From an uncultured Candidatus Saccharibacteria bacterium (GTDB lineage: Bacteria > Patescibacteriota > Minisyncoccia > Phycocordibacterales > CSBR16-119), in assembly GCA_964557535.1 (NCBI GenBank), contig CAZLAD010000002.1:85560-149559 (forward strand): a DNA stretch of 64,000 bases, written 5' to 3'. Shown piece after piece: positions 30,158-39,352 of this stretch. The position numbers and the translations under genes are program-made. Numbering within the stretch: position 1 is the first letter of the stretch; each line of letters starts with the position of its first letter. Below the pieces are notes generated by a model, which worked only from the letters and a program-made list of their open reading frames with translations, was not told where the DNA came from and searched no databases.

Positions 30158-31023
30158 TTGATAATAGTTATTAGGACTATTCCTAGGGTAAAAAGAATTA
30201 ACGACAAAATCTTTCGTTTTGTTAACTTCTCTTTCAAAACGAACACGCCCGACAATACGGCAAACAAGAATCCGGTTGATTGTACAGCCAAGACATAGGA
30301 CGTTGGACCACTAGAGAAAGCAAACATCGTCGATACATAACTAAGTGCCATAAAAATTCCAAATAAAGTCAGTGGCCAGAATTTTGGTTTTATTTTTTGT
30401 AAGTCATCTTTCTTTTTATAAATAAAAATAAGTATTAAGAAAATTATAGAAGCCCCCAAAGTATTCACGAAACTATAGAAGACAGGCGTTGACACAGTTA
30501 ACGAAACTTTGTCCAGAGTTGATCCGATAGCCATACAAAACATAGCAATAATCATATAGACGACCGCCCTATTATATTTTTTACCGCTATCGCCCGAGAC
30601 ATTTTCTGAAAGTAAAAGATATGTAGCGTACACAATAACAAAAATACCAATAATTCCAACAAGGCTCGGCACCTCTTTAAGTAAAATAAAAGATGTCCCA
30701 ATATTAAAAACCGGAAGTATAGCTTTTATTGGAGTAACTTGGACGATTTCACCCTCTCGTATGGCTTTATATAAAAAGTGTGTTTGTACTGGATATAAAA
30801 CAAACCAGATAATCAAAAGTGGCCACCAGAAACGCCAAGGCAAGTGCCAAATATCGTTAGGTATTGGTAAAAACAAAAACAGCAACAACATGGGTAGTAG
30901 ACAAAAAGTTTGCATGACAAAACCCATACCGAAATTGCTGAAAGAACCCGTAAGACTTTTTTCATACGTTCTCCGAGCACCAGAAGTAATAGCACTAAAT
31001 AAAGCAAAAGGGAGCCATGGCAT
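30154..31023 (-). CDS. EamA/DMT family transporter
   Basis: About 10 TMs with two LKE repeat ends. Confidence 0.85.
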   Translation of the reverse strand: MPWLPFALFSAITSGARRTYEKSLTGSFSNFGMGFVMQTFCLLPMLLLFLFLPIPNDIWHLPWRFWWPLLIIWFVLYPVQTHFLYKAIREGEIVQVTPIKAILPVFNIGTSFILLKEVPSLVGIIGIFVIVYATYLLLSENVSGDSGKKYNRAVVYMIIAMFCMAIGSTLDKVSLTVSTPVFYSFVNTLGASIIFLILIFIYKKKDDLQKIKPKFWPLTLFGIFMALSYVSTMFAFSSGPTSYVLAVQSTGFLFAVLSGVFVLKEKLTKRKILSLILFTLGIVLITIIK

Positions 31024-31084
31024 AAAAGTATTCTAACATAGCCATAGGCTTGGCTTTTTCCAAAAATCGGGTAGAATACGGAAC

Positions 31085-31678
31085 ATGTTATCTTATAGTG
31101 AAGTTCGAAAGAACAAAGTAATTATGTACGAAGGCGAGCCTTGGCTTGTCGTTGACGCGCACGTTTTTAGAAAGCAACAACGAAAACCAGTAAACGCCAC
31201 CAAACTCAAGAACCTCATTTCTGGGCGTATGGTCGAGACGACTTTTCACGTCTCGGACAAAGTCGAAGAAGCCGACATGGGTAAACGCACAATCAAATTC
31301 CTCTTCCAGAAAAAAGATGAGCTATGTTTCGTCGATCCGAAAAACCCAGCCGATCGCATGTTTCTCTCTGGCGAACTTCTCGGTGACCAAATAAAATTTT
31401 TAAAAGAAAATACCGAAGCAACCGCCAGCATCTTCACCAACGATGACGACGAGGAACAAATTATCGCTATCGAGCTCCCGGTCAAGATGGCTTTCGAAGT
31501 CAAAGATGCGCCACCATCGATCAAGGGCGACACCGCAACCGGCGGCAACAAAGTTGTGACTTTGGAAAACGGTGCGAAGCTCGACGTTCCCCTATTCGTG
31601 GAAGCTGGAGATAAAATCATCGTAAACACTGAAACTGGAGAATATGTCGAAAGGTACAAGGAAAGTTTTGATGCGTAG
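31085..31678 (+). CDS. efp: Elongation factor P
   Basis: KLKNLISG, KGDTA, VPLFV, VNTETGEYVER. Confidence 0.93.
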   Translation: MLSYSEVRKNKVIMYEGEPWLVVDAHVFRKQQRKPVNATKLKNLISGRMVETTFHVSDKVEEADMGKRTIKFLFQKKDELCFVDPKNPADRMFLSGELLGDQIKFLKENTEATASIFTNDDDEEQIIAIELPVKMAFEVKDAPPSIKGDTATGGNKVVTLENGAKLDVPLFVEAGDKIIVNTETGEYVERYKESFDA

Positions 31679-31788
31679 TGTGAAGTGAGTCGGAAGTAGC
31701 AAGTCGTAAGTCGCAAAGAAAATACAAAGAGCGAAGGGCCGAAAGACTTACAGTCCCTCGGCCCTTGGTGTTTCGGTCTAAGCCGAAC

Positions 31789-31998
31789 TCAGAAATACAT
31801 GACAACGTACTTTCCGTCTGATCCCCTCTCGACGTGGAAGATGACGTTTTCTGGTCCGAGATAAGTGGCCTTATCTGGTCCTTTACGTCTAAGGAGATCG
31901 AGTCTGACCCTTCGCCCTTCGGAGAATGGTGTTGGCTCTGTTATCACGTTGTCAAAAGAACGATCCTGTCCTGCTTGAGTCCCGGTGGTGGTTGGCAT
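31789..31998 (-). CDS. Small orphan protein (69 aa)
   Basis: Starts MPTTTG after an A/C-rich leader; -10-like TATATT upstream and a hairpin downstream. Confidence 0.5.
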   Translation of the reverse strand: MPTTTGTQAGQDRSFDNVITEPTPFSEGRRVRLDLLRRKGPDKATYLGPENVIFHVERGSDGKYVVMYF

Positions 31999-32047
31999 GG
32001 GATGTAAAATGTTCGTTGGTTGATAATATAACACGAAATCCCAAAAT

Positions 32048-32080
32048 GCGAAAGCCCCGCGAGAATACGCGGGGCTTCGC
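32048..32080 (-). terminator. Terminator-like hairpin after purA (AGAATA-loop family)
   Basis: AAGCCCCGCG-AGAATA-CGCGGGGCTT. Confidence 0.75.
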
Positions 32081-32098
32081 CTTGTGGGCGTAAAAGAA

Positions 32099-33454
32099 CT
32101 AAGTGCTTTCCTCAGAGACTTCCGAATCAGACTTCTGGTTGATGCCAAGCCCAAGGAAAGATTCAGCTCCGAGAGCTTTGTGAGCACCGACTTGATCACG
32201 ATGAACCGTTTCCTTACGATCGGGGCCCATGGAGATCGTGTTGATGGGAACTCCAACCGCTTCTTCGATCAGGTTGACGTACACTTGAAACTGACTCGGC
32301 AGGCCACGATCGGCTTGCAAGCCATTCCATCCCGGCAACACCGTGTATTCGGGCTCAACGCCAATAGTGATGTCGTAAGGCATGCAGTCCGTCAACTTCC
32401 CGTTGATACGGTAGTGCGTACAGACCTTCACGAAATCGAAACCGTTCAGAACGTCGGCTTTCGTCATCGCAAGCTCGGTGATACCGTTCACCATCACTGC
32501 ATAACGCAGTGCTGGGAGATCAAGCCATCCACAACGACGCGGGCGTCTCGTGGTACTACCGAACTCGTCTCCAGCCTTGCGGATGGCTTCACCGATTTCG
32601 TTATCAAGCTCGGTCGGAAACGGACCACTGCCAACCCTAGTACAGTACGCCTTGAAGATCCCAGTGATATTCCCGATCCTGTTTGGAGCAACACCAAGTC
32701 CAGTACAAGCTCCTGCAGAGATCGTGTTACTACTCGTCACGAACGGGTATGTACCGAAATCAATGTCGAGCAATGTACCTTGAGCCCCTTCGGCCAAGAC
32801 ACGTTTACCTGCACGTAAAGCATCGTTCAAGTAATGCTCGCAATCGACCATCTTGAATTCACGCAACTGCTCCACCGCATCCAGCCACTCCTGTTCGGCT
32901 TCGGTTTTCATACCGGGCCGATCATAAAGAGAGAGTAGTCTTTCGTGCTTTAGTACAAGCGTTGCGTAGCGATCCCTGAAAGCTGGCAATGAAAGGTCCC
33001 CGAGACGCAGACCGTTACGTCCGGTCTTGTCCATATAGGTTGGACCAATGCCCTTTAGGGTACTACCGATTTTCTCGAGTCCCTTTTCGGCTTCGCTTGC
33101 GGCATCAAGTGCACGATGCGTTGGTAGGATGAGGTGTGCGCGACGCGAAAGCAGTAATGCCTTGCGCACATCTACGCCGTCAGCTTCCAGGGCCTTCGCC
33201 TCCTTCAGGAAGATCACCGGGTCCACCACCACACCATTCCCCACCAAGTTCACAGTGCCCTCGCGGAACACACCGCTTGGGATGGTATGCAGGACATGCT
33301 TGTGCCCTTCGAAGAGCAGTGTGTGACCGGCATTCGGTCCACCTTGGAAACGAGCAACAATGTCGTAATCCGGCGCAATCACATCAGTGACTTTTCCTTT
33401 GCCCTCGTCGCCCCACTGGGCGCCAAGGAGAACATCCATTCTAGTGTGTCCCAT
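32099..33454 (-). CDS. purA: Adenylosuccinate synthetase
   Basis: QWGDEGKGK, GGPNAGHT, EGAQG, GTYPFVTSS, RRCGWLD; start 33454 or 33439. Confidence 0.97.
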   Translation of the reverse strand: MGHTRMDVLLGAQWGDEGKGKVTDVIAPDYDIVARFQGGPNAGHTLLFEGHKHVLHTIPSGVFREGTVNLVGNGVVVDPVIFLKEAKALEADGVDVRKALLLSRRAHLILPTHRALDAASEAEKGLEKIGSTLKGIGPTYMDKTGRNGLRLGDLSLPAFRDRYATLVLKHERLLSLYDRPGMKTEAEQEWLDAVEQLREFKMVDCEHYLNDALRAGKRVLAEGAQGTLLDIDFGTYPFVTSSNTISAGACTGLGVAPNRIGNITGIFKAYCTRVGSGPFPTELDNEIGEAIRKAGDEFGSTTRRPRRCGWLDLPALRYAVMVNGITELAMTKADVLNGFDFVKVCTHYRINGKLTDCMPYDITIGVEPEYTVLPGWNGLQADRGLPSQFQVYVNLIEEAVGVPINTISMGPDRKETVHRDQVGAHKALGAESFLGLGINQKSDSEVSEEST

Positions 33455-33566
33455 TTGTGGGGGTTTTGGTTTTTGTTTCAATTTTTAAAGCCCAGGGAAT
33501 CCCTAGGCTTTGCAATCCTCGACAAATTTATATGAAATTACATCTCGTGTCAATTCAAATCTCAAA

Positions 33567-33600
33567 AGAAAAGAGCCCCGAGAATACGGGGCTCTTTTCT
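33567..33600 (-). terminator. Terminator after secY (AGAATA-loop family)
   Basis: AAAAGAGCCCCG-AGAATA-CGGGGCTCTTTT. Confidence 0.85.
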
Positions 33601-33627
33601 CATTTCCAATTTCTAACCTCTAACTTT

Positions 33628-34896
33628 TTAGTATTGTCTCATTGAAACCTGTCCTTCGACTTTCTTCAAAATATCCAGGATGACCGACACGACGATTAGC
33701 ACTGCCGTACCTCCGATGGCCAAAGTCGAAAGCCCTGTCACTTGTTGCATAATTATCGGAAGCACAGCCACAAGACCAAGGAAAATCGCACCCAAAAAAG
33801 TGATTCGAGAAACAATCTTACCAATATACTCACTCGTCGAAACTCCTGGACGAATACCTGGAATAAACGCACCATTTTTCTGTAAATTTGTAGCAACAGA
33901 ATCCGGATCAAAAGTTACTGCTGTGTAGAAATATGTAAACAAAAACACCAGAACAAAGTACGCCAGAGCATAAATCCAAGTAGATTGCATAAACCAAGTC
34001 ATGGCTTTTGAAACAGCCAACAAGAACGCATGTGACGAATTAGCGAAAAAGTTAGCAATAAGTTGTGGAAACAAAAGTAACGATAGCGCAAAGATGACTG
34101 GCATAACTCCGGCCTGGTTGATACGTAGTGGTAGGTATGATGATCTAGCTGCCGCAGTTCCTCCGGCTCTAGCCTGATTTGCGTATGTTATTGGAAGCAA
34201 TCTTTCAGCTTCGGTGATGATAATAATTCCCGCAATAAGAATTAAAGCGACGACGACGAATCCGATATAAGTTAGAAGTTGTGCCTTGTCAAAAGTAAAT
34301 ATAAGCTGACTAATTTGTCCTGGGAGCGCTGCCACAATACCCGCAAAGATAATAACGGATACACCATTTCCAATACCTCGTTCTGAGATAAGCTCACCCA
34401 ACCAAACCAAAAACATAGATCCGGCCATAACAACAATCATTGCGAGAGCTTTCTCGTAAGCGGTCAAAGCTTCCAGAACGCCATTTTGAAAAAGAATAGT
34501 TAGAAGCGCGTATCCTTGGATAAGAGAAAGTGGGACTGTCAGATATCTAGAATATTTGGCAAATTGTGTTCGTCCCATCTCGCCCTCTTCATGATACATT
34601 GACTTAAGTCTAGGAGACATAAGAGTCAAGAGTTGCATGATAATTGATGCAGTAATATAAGGACCGACTCCCATCATTACAATAGACAAGGCTGACAATC
34701 CACCACCAGAGAAAATATTTAAAACACCCAGAAGCTGGTTACTCTCGAGGAATCCTTGTAGACGAAAAGCATCAACACCTGGTATCGGAATAGTCGAAAG
34801 CAATCTAAATATTGCCAATATTAACAAAACAAAAATTATTTTCTTGCGAAGATACTTGTCCGTGAAAACTAATTTTATTTTTTGCCAAAGTGTCAT
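33628..34896 (-). CDS. secY: Preprotein translocase subunit SecY
   Basis: PYITASII, GIGNG, IPGIRPG, GGT; ten TMs. Confidence 0.98.
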   Translation of the reverse strand: MTLWQKIKLVFTDKYLRKKIIFVLLILAIFRLLSTIPIPGVDAFRLQGFLESNQLLGVLNIFSGGGLSALSIVMMGVGPYITASIIMQLLTLMSPRLKSMYHEEGEMGRTQFAKYSRYLTVPLSLIQGYALLTILFQNGVLEALTAYEKALAMIVVMAGSMFLVWLGELISERGIGNGVSVIIFAGIVAALPGQISQLIFTFDKAQLLTYIGFVVVALILIAGIIIITEAERLLPITYANQARAGGTAAARSSYLPLRINQAGVMPVIFALSLLLFPQLIANFFANSSHAFLLAVSKAMTWFMQSTWIYALAYFVLVFLFTYFYTAVTFDPDSVATNLQKNGAFIPGIRPGVSTSEYIGKIVSRITFLGAIFLGLVAVLPIIMQQVTGLSTLAIGGTAVLIVVSVILDILKKVEGQVSMRQY

Positions 34897-34960
34897 TCCA
34901 TTAGTAAATTAAATTTGTAATTTTTTTATCAACTTATCTTCCGCTGATTTACTAACGGGA
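34897..34960. mobile_element. Degenerate MITE-like element abutting the secY start codon
   Basis: Ends TCCATTAGTAAAT / ATTTACTAACGGGA. Confidence 0.6.
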
Positions 34961-34969
34961 CAAGTCATT

Positions 34970-35419
34970 TTACTTTACTGAACCGCCAGCTTTTTCAATT
35001 GCTGTTTTTGCTGTTCCGGAAATTTCTAAACCTAGAATTTTGAATTTCTTTTTGACTTCTCCTCTTGCGAGAATTTTTACGTTAGGATTCTTGCCGCGAA
35101 CTTTTTTGACCAGACTCTTTTCCAGAAGCGCACTCAAATTTATCGTATCTCCATCTTTGAAATTTTCTTCTAGAACGTCAATGTTTACGACTGTTGGTCG
35201 AATTTTTGATCCATCGACACTTGCTGATCTATTTTTACCGTGTCCGCGAAGTTTTGGAAATTTCTTGATGGTGTCACGAAGCTCAGGACGAACTCCATGA
35301 GAACCGTGTGCCCACTGACCTTTTGTTCCGCGTCCAGAAGTCTTGCCACGCTTGCCTCCTCGGCCGATAAGCTTGGTTTTCTTGTTCTTGGTTTTTCTTA
35401 CTAAATTATTTGTTTGCAT
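34970..35419 (-). CDS. rplO: 50S ribosomal protein L15
   Basis: GRGGKRGKTSGRGTKGQ, IEKAGG. Confidence 0.96.
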   Translation of the reverse strand: MQTNNLVRKTKNKKTKLIGRGGKRGKTSGRGTKGQWAHGSHGVRPELRDTIKKFPKLRGHGKNRSASVDGSKIRPTVVNIDVLEENFKDGDTINLSALLEKSLVKKVRGKNPNVKILARGEVKKKFKILGLEISGTAKTAIEKAGGSVK

Positions 35420-35429
35420 AAAAGTCTTA

Positions 35430-36053
35430 TTATTCTACCACTTCACCCTTGGCTTTTGGTAATTTTGCTGGTTTCAAAGTCTTTAGGGCGATGACGACGG
35501 CCTTGGCGTTATTCAAATGAGTCTTTGAGCGAGAAAAGATTTTACTGGTGACATTTTTCAAGCCACCCAAAATCATAATGTCACGAATTGCACCACCCAC
35601 AACCAGACCCTTGCCCGAGTTTGGCATAAGCATAACGCGAGACGCCTTGAATTTACCTTCGACTGCGTGACTTATGGACATGTCCTTGGTTGTCGCGATT
35701 TTAAACATGTGCTTTCGAGCAGAGGCAACGGCTTTGTTGATGGCAAGAGTTGTGTCAGAAGATTTACCAAGACCAAGACCAACTGAACCCTTTTTGTCTC
35801 CCACAAGCATTGCTACTGAAAAAGAGAATCGGCGACCACCAGAAACTACACGCGTAACGCGACGAATAGACAGGATTTTCTGATCAAATTCAGGCTTTTC
35901 TCGTCGTTCAGAAGTTTTGCGTCTATCACCACCTCGGCCATAAGAACGTCCAGAAGAAGATGTCGATCCCGAGCCTTTTTGGTATGACGAAGGAGACTTT
36001 GGAGCCACGGCTACGTCTGTCTTTACTTCTGTTGTTGTATTTGGAGTATCCAT
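35430..36053 (-). CDS. rpsE: 30S ribosomal protein S5
   Basis: RVTRVVSGGRRFSF. Confidence 0.96.
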   Translation of the reverse strand: MDTPNTTTEVKTDVAVAPKSPSSYQKGSGSTSSSGRSYGRGGDRRKTSERREKPEFDQKILSIRRVTRVVSGGRRFSFSVAMLVGDKKGSVGLGLGKSSDTTLAINKAVASARKHMFKIATTKDMSISHAVEGKFKASRVMLMPNSGKGLVVGGAIRDIMILGGLKNVTSKIFSRSKTHLNNAKAVVIALKTLKPAKLPKAKGEVVE

Positions 36054-36062
36054 AAAAATTAT

Positions 36063-36413
36063 TTAAAAGTTTAAACCGCCTTCGCGCGCACTGTCGGCCA
36101 AAAGCTTAACTCGACCAGTATAATTAAATCCGTTTCGATCGAACACGACTGAATCGATTTTGGCAGATTTTGCGAGTCCAGCCAAAAGCTTTCCAACTTC
36201 GACAGCTCGATCTCTTTTGGTGCCTTTTTTGATCTTGATGTCAGAAGCAGAAACCAAAGTAGTTCCTTTCGTATCATCAATAATCTGCGCATAAATGTTT
36301 TTGTTGGAACGATAAACAGAAAGTCGTGGTCGCTCTGATGTACCAGAAATTTTCGTACGAATCTTGCGCTTGATTCTGGCTCGACTATTTGATTTTCCTT
36401 TTCTTGTTTGCAT
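36063..36413 (-). CDS. rplR: 50S ribosomal protein L18
   Basis: [22 protein letters not shown]. Confidence 0.97.
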   Translation of the reverse strand: MQTRKGKSNSRARIKRKIRTKISGTSERPRLSVYRSNKNIYAQIIDDTKGTTLVSASDIKIKKGTKRDRAVEVGKLLAGLAKSAKIDSVVFDRNGFNYTGRVKLLADSAREGGLNF

Positions 36414-36428
36414 ATAAGTATTTCAAAA

Positions 36429-36965
36429 TTATACGGCCTTCTTACCTTGTTTTCGGCGGATAAACTCACCTTCGTATCGAATTCCCTTGCCTTTGTATGG
36501 TTCTGGTTTCTTCCAATCACGTAGCTTGGCAGCAAAAGCACCAACAGATTCTTTGTCTGAACCGGTAATAGTAACAATGTTTTTTTCTGCCGTAACCTTT
36601 AGATCTGCCGGAATAGGAACAATGACTGGATGAGAAAACCCGAGAGCCAACTTGATACTATCACCAGTGACTTCGGATTTGAATCCGACACCTTCGATAA
36701 TAAGCTTCTTTACGAAAGGTTCGTTTACGCCCTTGATCATATTTTTAACATGCGAAGCGTATGTTCCCCAAAGAGCTTTGGTTGGACCTTCAGCATTGGC
36801 TGGAGTGAAAGTTATCTCGTCGCCAGCAATATTAATAGCTACGATTTTCGTTTTAAAATCTTTTTTTAGCTCACCCTTTGCACCTTTTACTGTCAAAGTG
36901 ATACCCTCAAGAGCGACAGTGGTGCCGGTTGGGATTTTTATAATTTGTTTTCCTACTCGTGACAT
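36429..36965 (-). CDS. rplF: 50S ribosomal protein L6
   Basis: MSRVGK, LGFSHP, PEPYKGKGIRY. Confidence 0.98.
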   Translation of the reverse strand: MSRVGKQIIKIPTGTTVALEGITLTVKGAKGELKKDFKTKIVAINIAGDEITFTPANAEGPTKALWGTYASHVKNMIKGVNEPFVKKLIIEGVGFKSEVTGDSIKLALGFSHPVIVPIPADLKVTAEKNIVTITGSDKESVGAFAAKLRDWKKPEPYKGKGIRYEGEFIRRKQGKKAV

Positions 36966-36994
36966 ATATGTTTATTTATAGTGAGTTTATCGAA

Positions 36995-37384
36995 CTACCA
37001 AATTCGGAATAACGCTTCCCCGCCGACCAATTCTTTGCGGGCATCGTCTGCAATCATCACACCTTTTGGCGTCGACAAAACCATCATGCCATACCCCTGG
37101 CGAACAGGCTTGATGTCTTTGGCTTTGATGTACACACGCTTTGAAGGTTTGGAAATTCGCTCGACATCAGTGATGCGAGGTGCTTTGTCTTTGACGATTA
37201 GTTCCATTTCTAGGAAAAATTTATTACCCTCGGTCGTCATCTTCGAAGCCTTGGCGATAAATTTGCCTTTAACCAAGCAATTGGCAATAGCGTGGCGAAG
37301 ATTTGAATAAGGAACAAGAACCGTTTTGTGTCCGGCGATTCCAGCGTTCTTGATCTTTATTAACATGTTGGCAATTTTGTCCAT
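36995..37384 (-). CDS. rpsH: 30S ribosomal protein S8
   Basis: RISKPSKRVY, STPKG, GGE. Confidence 0.97.
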   Translation of the reverse strand: MDKIANMLIKIKNAGIAGHKTVLVPYSNLRHAIANCLVKGKFIAKASKMTTEGNKFFLEMELIVKDKAPRITDVERISKPSKRVYIKAKDIKPVRQGYGMMVLSTPKGVMIADDARKELVGGEALFRIW

Positions 37385-37427
37385 ATATTTTATTTAGTAA
37401 GTCGGAAGTAGTAAGTCGTAAGTCGCT

Positions 37428-37697
37428 TTACCAAGATGACTTGCGAACACCTGGAACTTCACCTATAGAAGCTAATTCGCGGAATTTGATACGAGAAAGT
37501 CCAAAGTCTCGTAGATATCCTCGTGGACGACCAGTGATCCCGCAACGATTCTTTACGCGTGTTGGACTAGAATTTTTTGGAAGCTTCTGAAGACCTTCGT
37601 AGTCTCCGGAAGCCTTAAGAGCTGCTCTTTTAGCAGCGTATTTTGCAACCATTTTGATGCGCTTATTATTTCGCGCGATTACTGATTTTTTAGCCAT
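37428..37697 (-). CDS. rpsN: 30S ribosomal protein S14
   Basis: [22 protein letters not shown]. Confidence 0.97.
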   Translation of the reverse strand: MAKKSVIARNNKRIKMVAKYAAKRAALKASGDYEGLQKLPKNSSPTRVKNRCGITGRPRGYLRDFGLSRIKFRELASIGEVPGVRKSSW

Positions 37698-37759
37698 TGT
37701 TTTTTAGCTGTTAGCTTCTGGCCATTAGCTATTAGCTAAAGGCTAATGGCTAATGGCTC

Positions 37760-37836
37760 CGGTTCAGTAATATCTCACGTTTTTTCTTGAAGGTCCCGAG
37801 GGGCATTCAAGGAGAAACGCGGATTAAACTGAACTG
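37760..37836. repeat. Long imperfect hairpin in the rpsN leader
   Basis: GTTCAGT...ACTGAAC enclosing CGTTTTTTCTTGAA/TTCAAGGAGAAACG. Confidence 0.65.
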
Positions 37837-37842
37837 AGGGCT

Positions 37843-37870
37843 ATATTAGCAGATTGAGATTTTATGTCAA
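37843..37870 (-). promoter_or_regulatory. Internal sigma70 promoter for rpsN-secY
   Basis: TTGACA-16-TAATAT with extended TG. Confidence 0.65.
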
Positions 37871-37874
37871 TCAA

Positions 37875-38032
37875 AATAATTTGAGCCCCGGTCTTGTTAG
37901 ACCAGGGCCCCATAGCTGACACGTAAAGTGCTTTTGATAGCGACTTGAATAGCCAAAGGACTTTGGTCCTCGGCAGGGGCAAGAGCACCTGCAAGAATGC
38001 TCTGCCACCCGCCGAGACCATACGACTTGTTG
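37875..38032 (-). ncRNA. Candidate sRNA of about 155 nt
   Basis: Promoter TTGACA-17-TAGAGT (38067-38039), 57-nt hairpin 37964-38020, terminal hairpin 37883-37910; G-U pairs fit the minus strand. Confidence 0.6.
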
Positions 38033-38133
38033 GCATGAACTCTATCATACTCCAACCATATTGTCAAGCGATTTTGGACAATCTTTTACTACCCTGAATT
38101 TATTCATTCCAACGTTCCTCATTGTCTCCACCG

Positions 38134-38170
38134 GACCGTCTCCGCTAGGCCGGACCTAGCGGAGACGGTC
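38134..38170. repeat. Perfect palindrome with 16-bp arms
   Basis: GACCGTCTCCGCTAGG-CCGGA-CCTAGCGGAGACGGTC. Confidence 0.85.
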
Positions 38171-38184
38171 TCGCGGATAAAAAT

Positions 38185-38222
38185 GTATCATTTTTGTGGA
38201 CGGTCGTCTCAAAAAATGATAC
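38185..38222. repeat. Palindrome copy 3 of the PaaX-like gene-associated site
   Basis: GTATCATTTTTGTGGACG-GT-CGTCTCAAAAAATGATAC. Confidence 0.9.
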
Positions 38223-38290
38223 GCAAGAAAAATTATGAGATATGAAACAAGAAAGCCCGCGGGCGGCTTTCAAGGGCCAAGAGCGGGCTA

Positions 38291-38689
38291 TTAGGCAGAT
38301 TTGAGGTGGTAACGGCCTTCGAGATAGACACGAAGGGCGTCTTGTACGATTATCAGATCTTTTGTTTCTAGCTCCTCAGACAGAAGGTTCGGCACCATCT
38401 CGATGAAATAGTGCTGGAACATGGCCGCTAGATCATCCAACTCTTCGTTGAAGTTTGCCATGTCTTTTGGAGTAGCTCTGTGATTCCATTCAGTAATCGG
38501 TAGGGCTGCTGGCACGCGATTTCCAGAAAGCCCTTTAAAGGCTATCCTATGCGCTTTTGAGAGAGCTATGTCGATCATACTCACCAACGTGAGCAAACGA
38601 CTCGCCTCTTTAGGGAACAGTTCGCGAATGAGATCGTGCACTGTGGGGATCTCATTTTTTGAGGTCTCATTTTTAGTTAGCATGGCCAC
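38291..38689 (-). CDS. Orphan hypothetical protein inserted between rplE and rpsN
   Basis: 132-aa ORF flanked by hairpins; start may be a few codons downstream. Confidence 0.65.
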   Translation of the reverse strand: MAMLTKNETSKNEIPTVHDLIRELFPKEASRLLTLVSMIDIALSKAHRIAFKGLSGNRVPAALPITEWNHRATPKDMANFNEELDDLAAMFQHYFIEMVPNLLSEELETKDLIIVQDALRVYLEGRYHLKSA

Positions 38690-38775
38690 TGAGTTTGTTT
38701 TACCTTACACCAATCTCTAAAAAAACAAAAGCCCCTTTTGGGGCGATTGTTTTCTTAATACTTAATTCCTAATTC

Positions 38776-39315
38776 TTACTTCTTAAACGGAATTCCGAGG
38801 TAATCGAAGAATGCTTTAGCTTCTTCTTTGTTCTTTGCAGTCGTTACAAATGTGATCGCGAGGCCAAAAACGTCTTTGAGTTCTTCGTCCCCTGTTTCTG
38901 GGAAGATCGTGTGTTCTTTGATACCGATTGTCAGGTTTCCGACGTCATCGATTCCTTTCGATTCGAGTCCGCGGAAGTCTTTGGTTCGAGGAAATGACAC
39001 ATGGATTAGTTTGTCGACAAACGAATTCATGCGTTCACCGCGAAGTGTAACCATCTGACCAATGACTTCGTTTTCGCGAAGTTTGAAAGACGCGATTGAC
39101 TGTTTGGCTGCACGTGGAGATGTTTTCTGGCCAGTAATCTTGGCAAGTCGGTCAGCGATAAAATCATTTTTATTTTTATCGTTTTTCATTTTCGATCCTG
39201 TTCCAGAAGAAACAACGACTTTTACCAATCGTGGCGCAGACAAAGGATTTTTGTAACCAAATTTTGGTTTCAAAACCTTGTAAGTATTTGCTAGTTTTTG
39301 TTTAGTAGTTTCCAT
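38776..39315 (-). CDS. rplE: 50S ribosomal protein L5
   Basis: ITGQK, SIASFKLR, VTLRG, DFRG. Confidence 0.97.
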   Translation of the reverse strand: METTKQKLANTYKVLKPKFGYKNPLSAPRLVKVVVSSGTGSKMKNDKNKNDFIADRLAKITGQKTSPRAAKQSIASFKLRENEVIGQMVTLRGERMNSFVDKLIHVSFPRTKDFRGLESKGIDDVGNLTIGIKEHTIFPETGDEELKDVFGLAITFVTTAKNKEEAKAFFDYLGIPFKK

Positions 39316-39352
39316 ATTCTAAAGGTTATAGGTATTAGGTGATAGGTTATAG

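Noticed and set aside
35419-35430. Missing rpmD as an assembly error
   Set aside because: rpsE and rplO are 10 nt apart with intact frames, and L30 loss is an established CPR trait
37875-38032. SRP RNA or 6S RNA
   Set aside because: No SRP domain IV motif with GGAA loop, and no end-to-end rod with a central bubble
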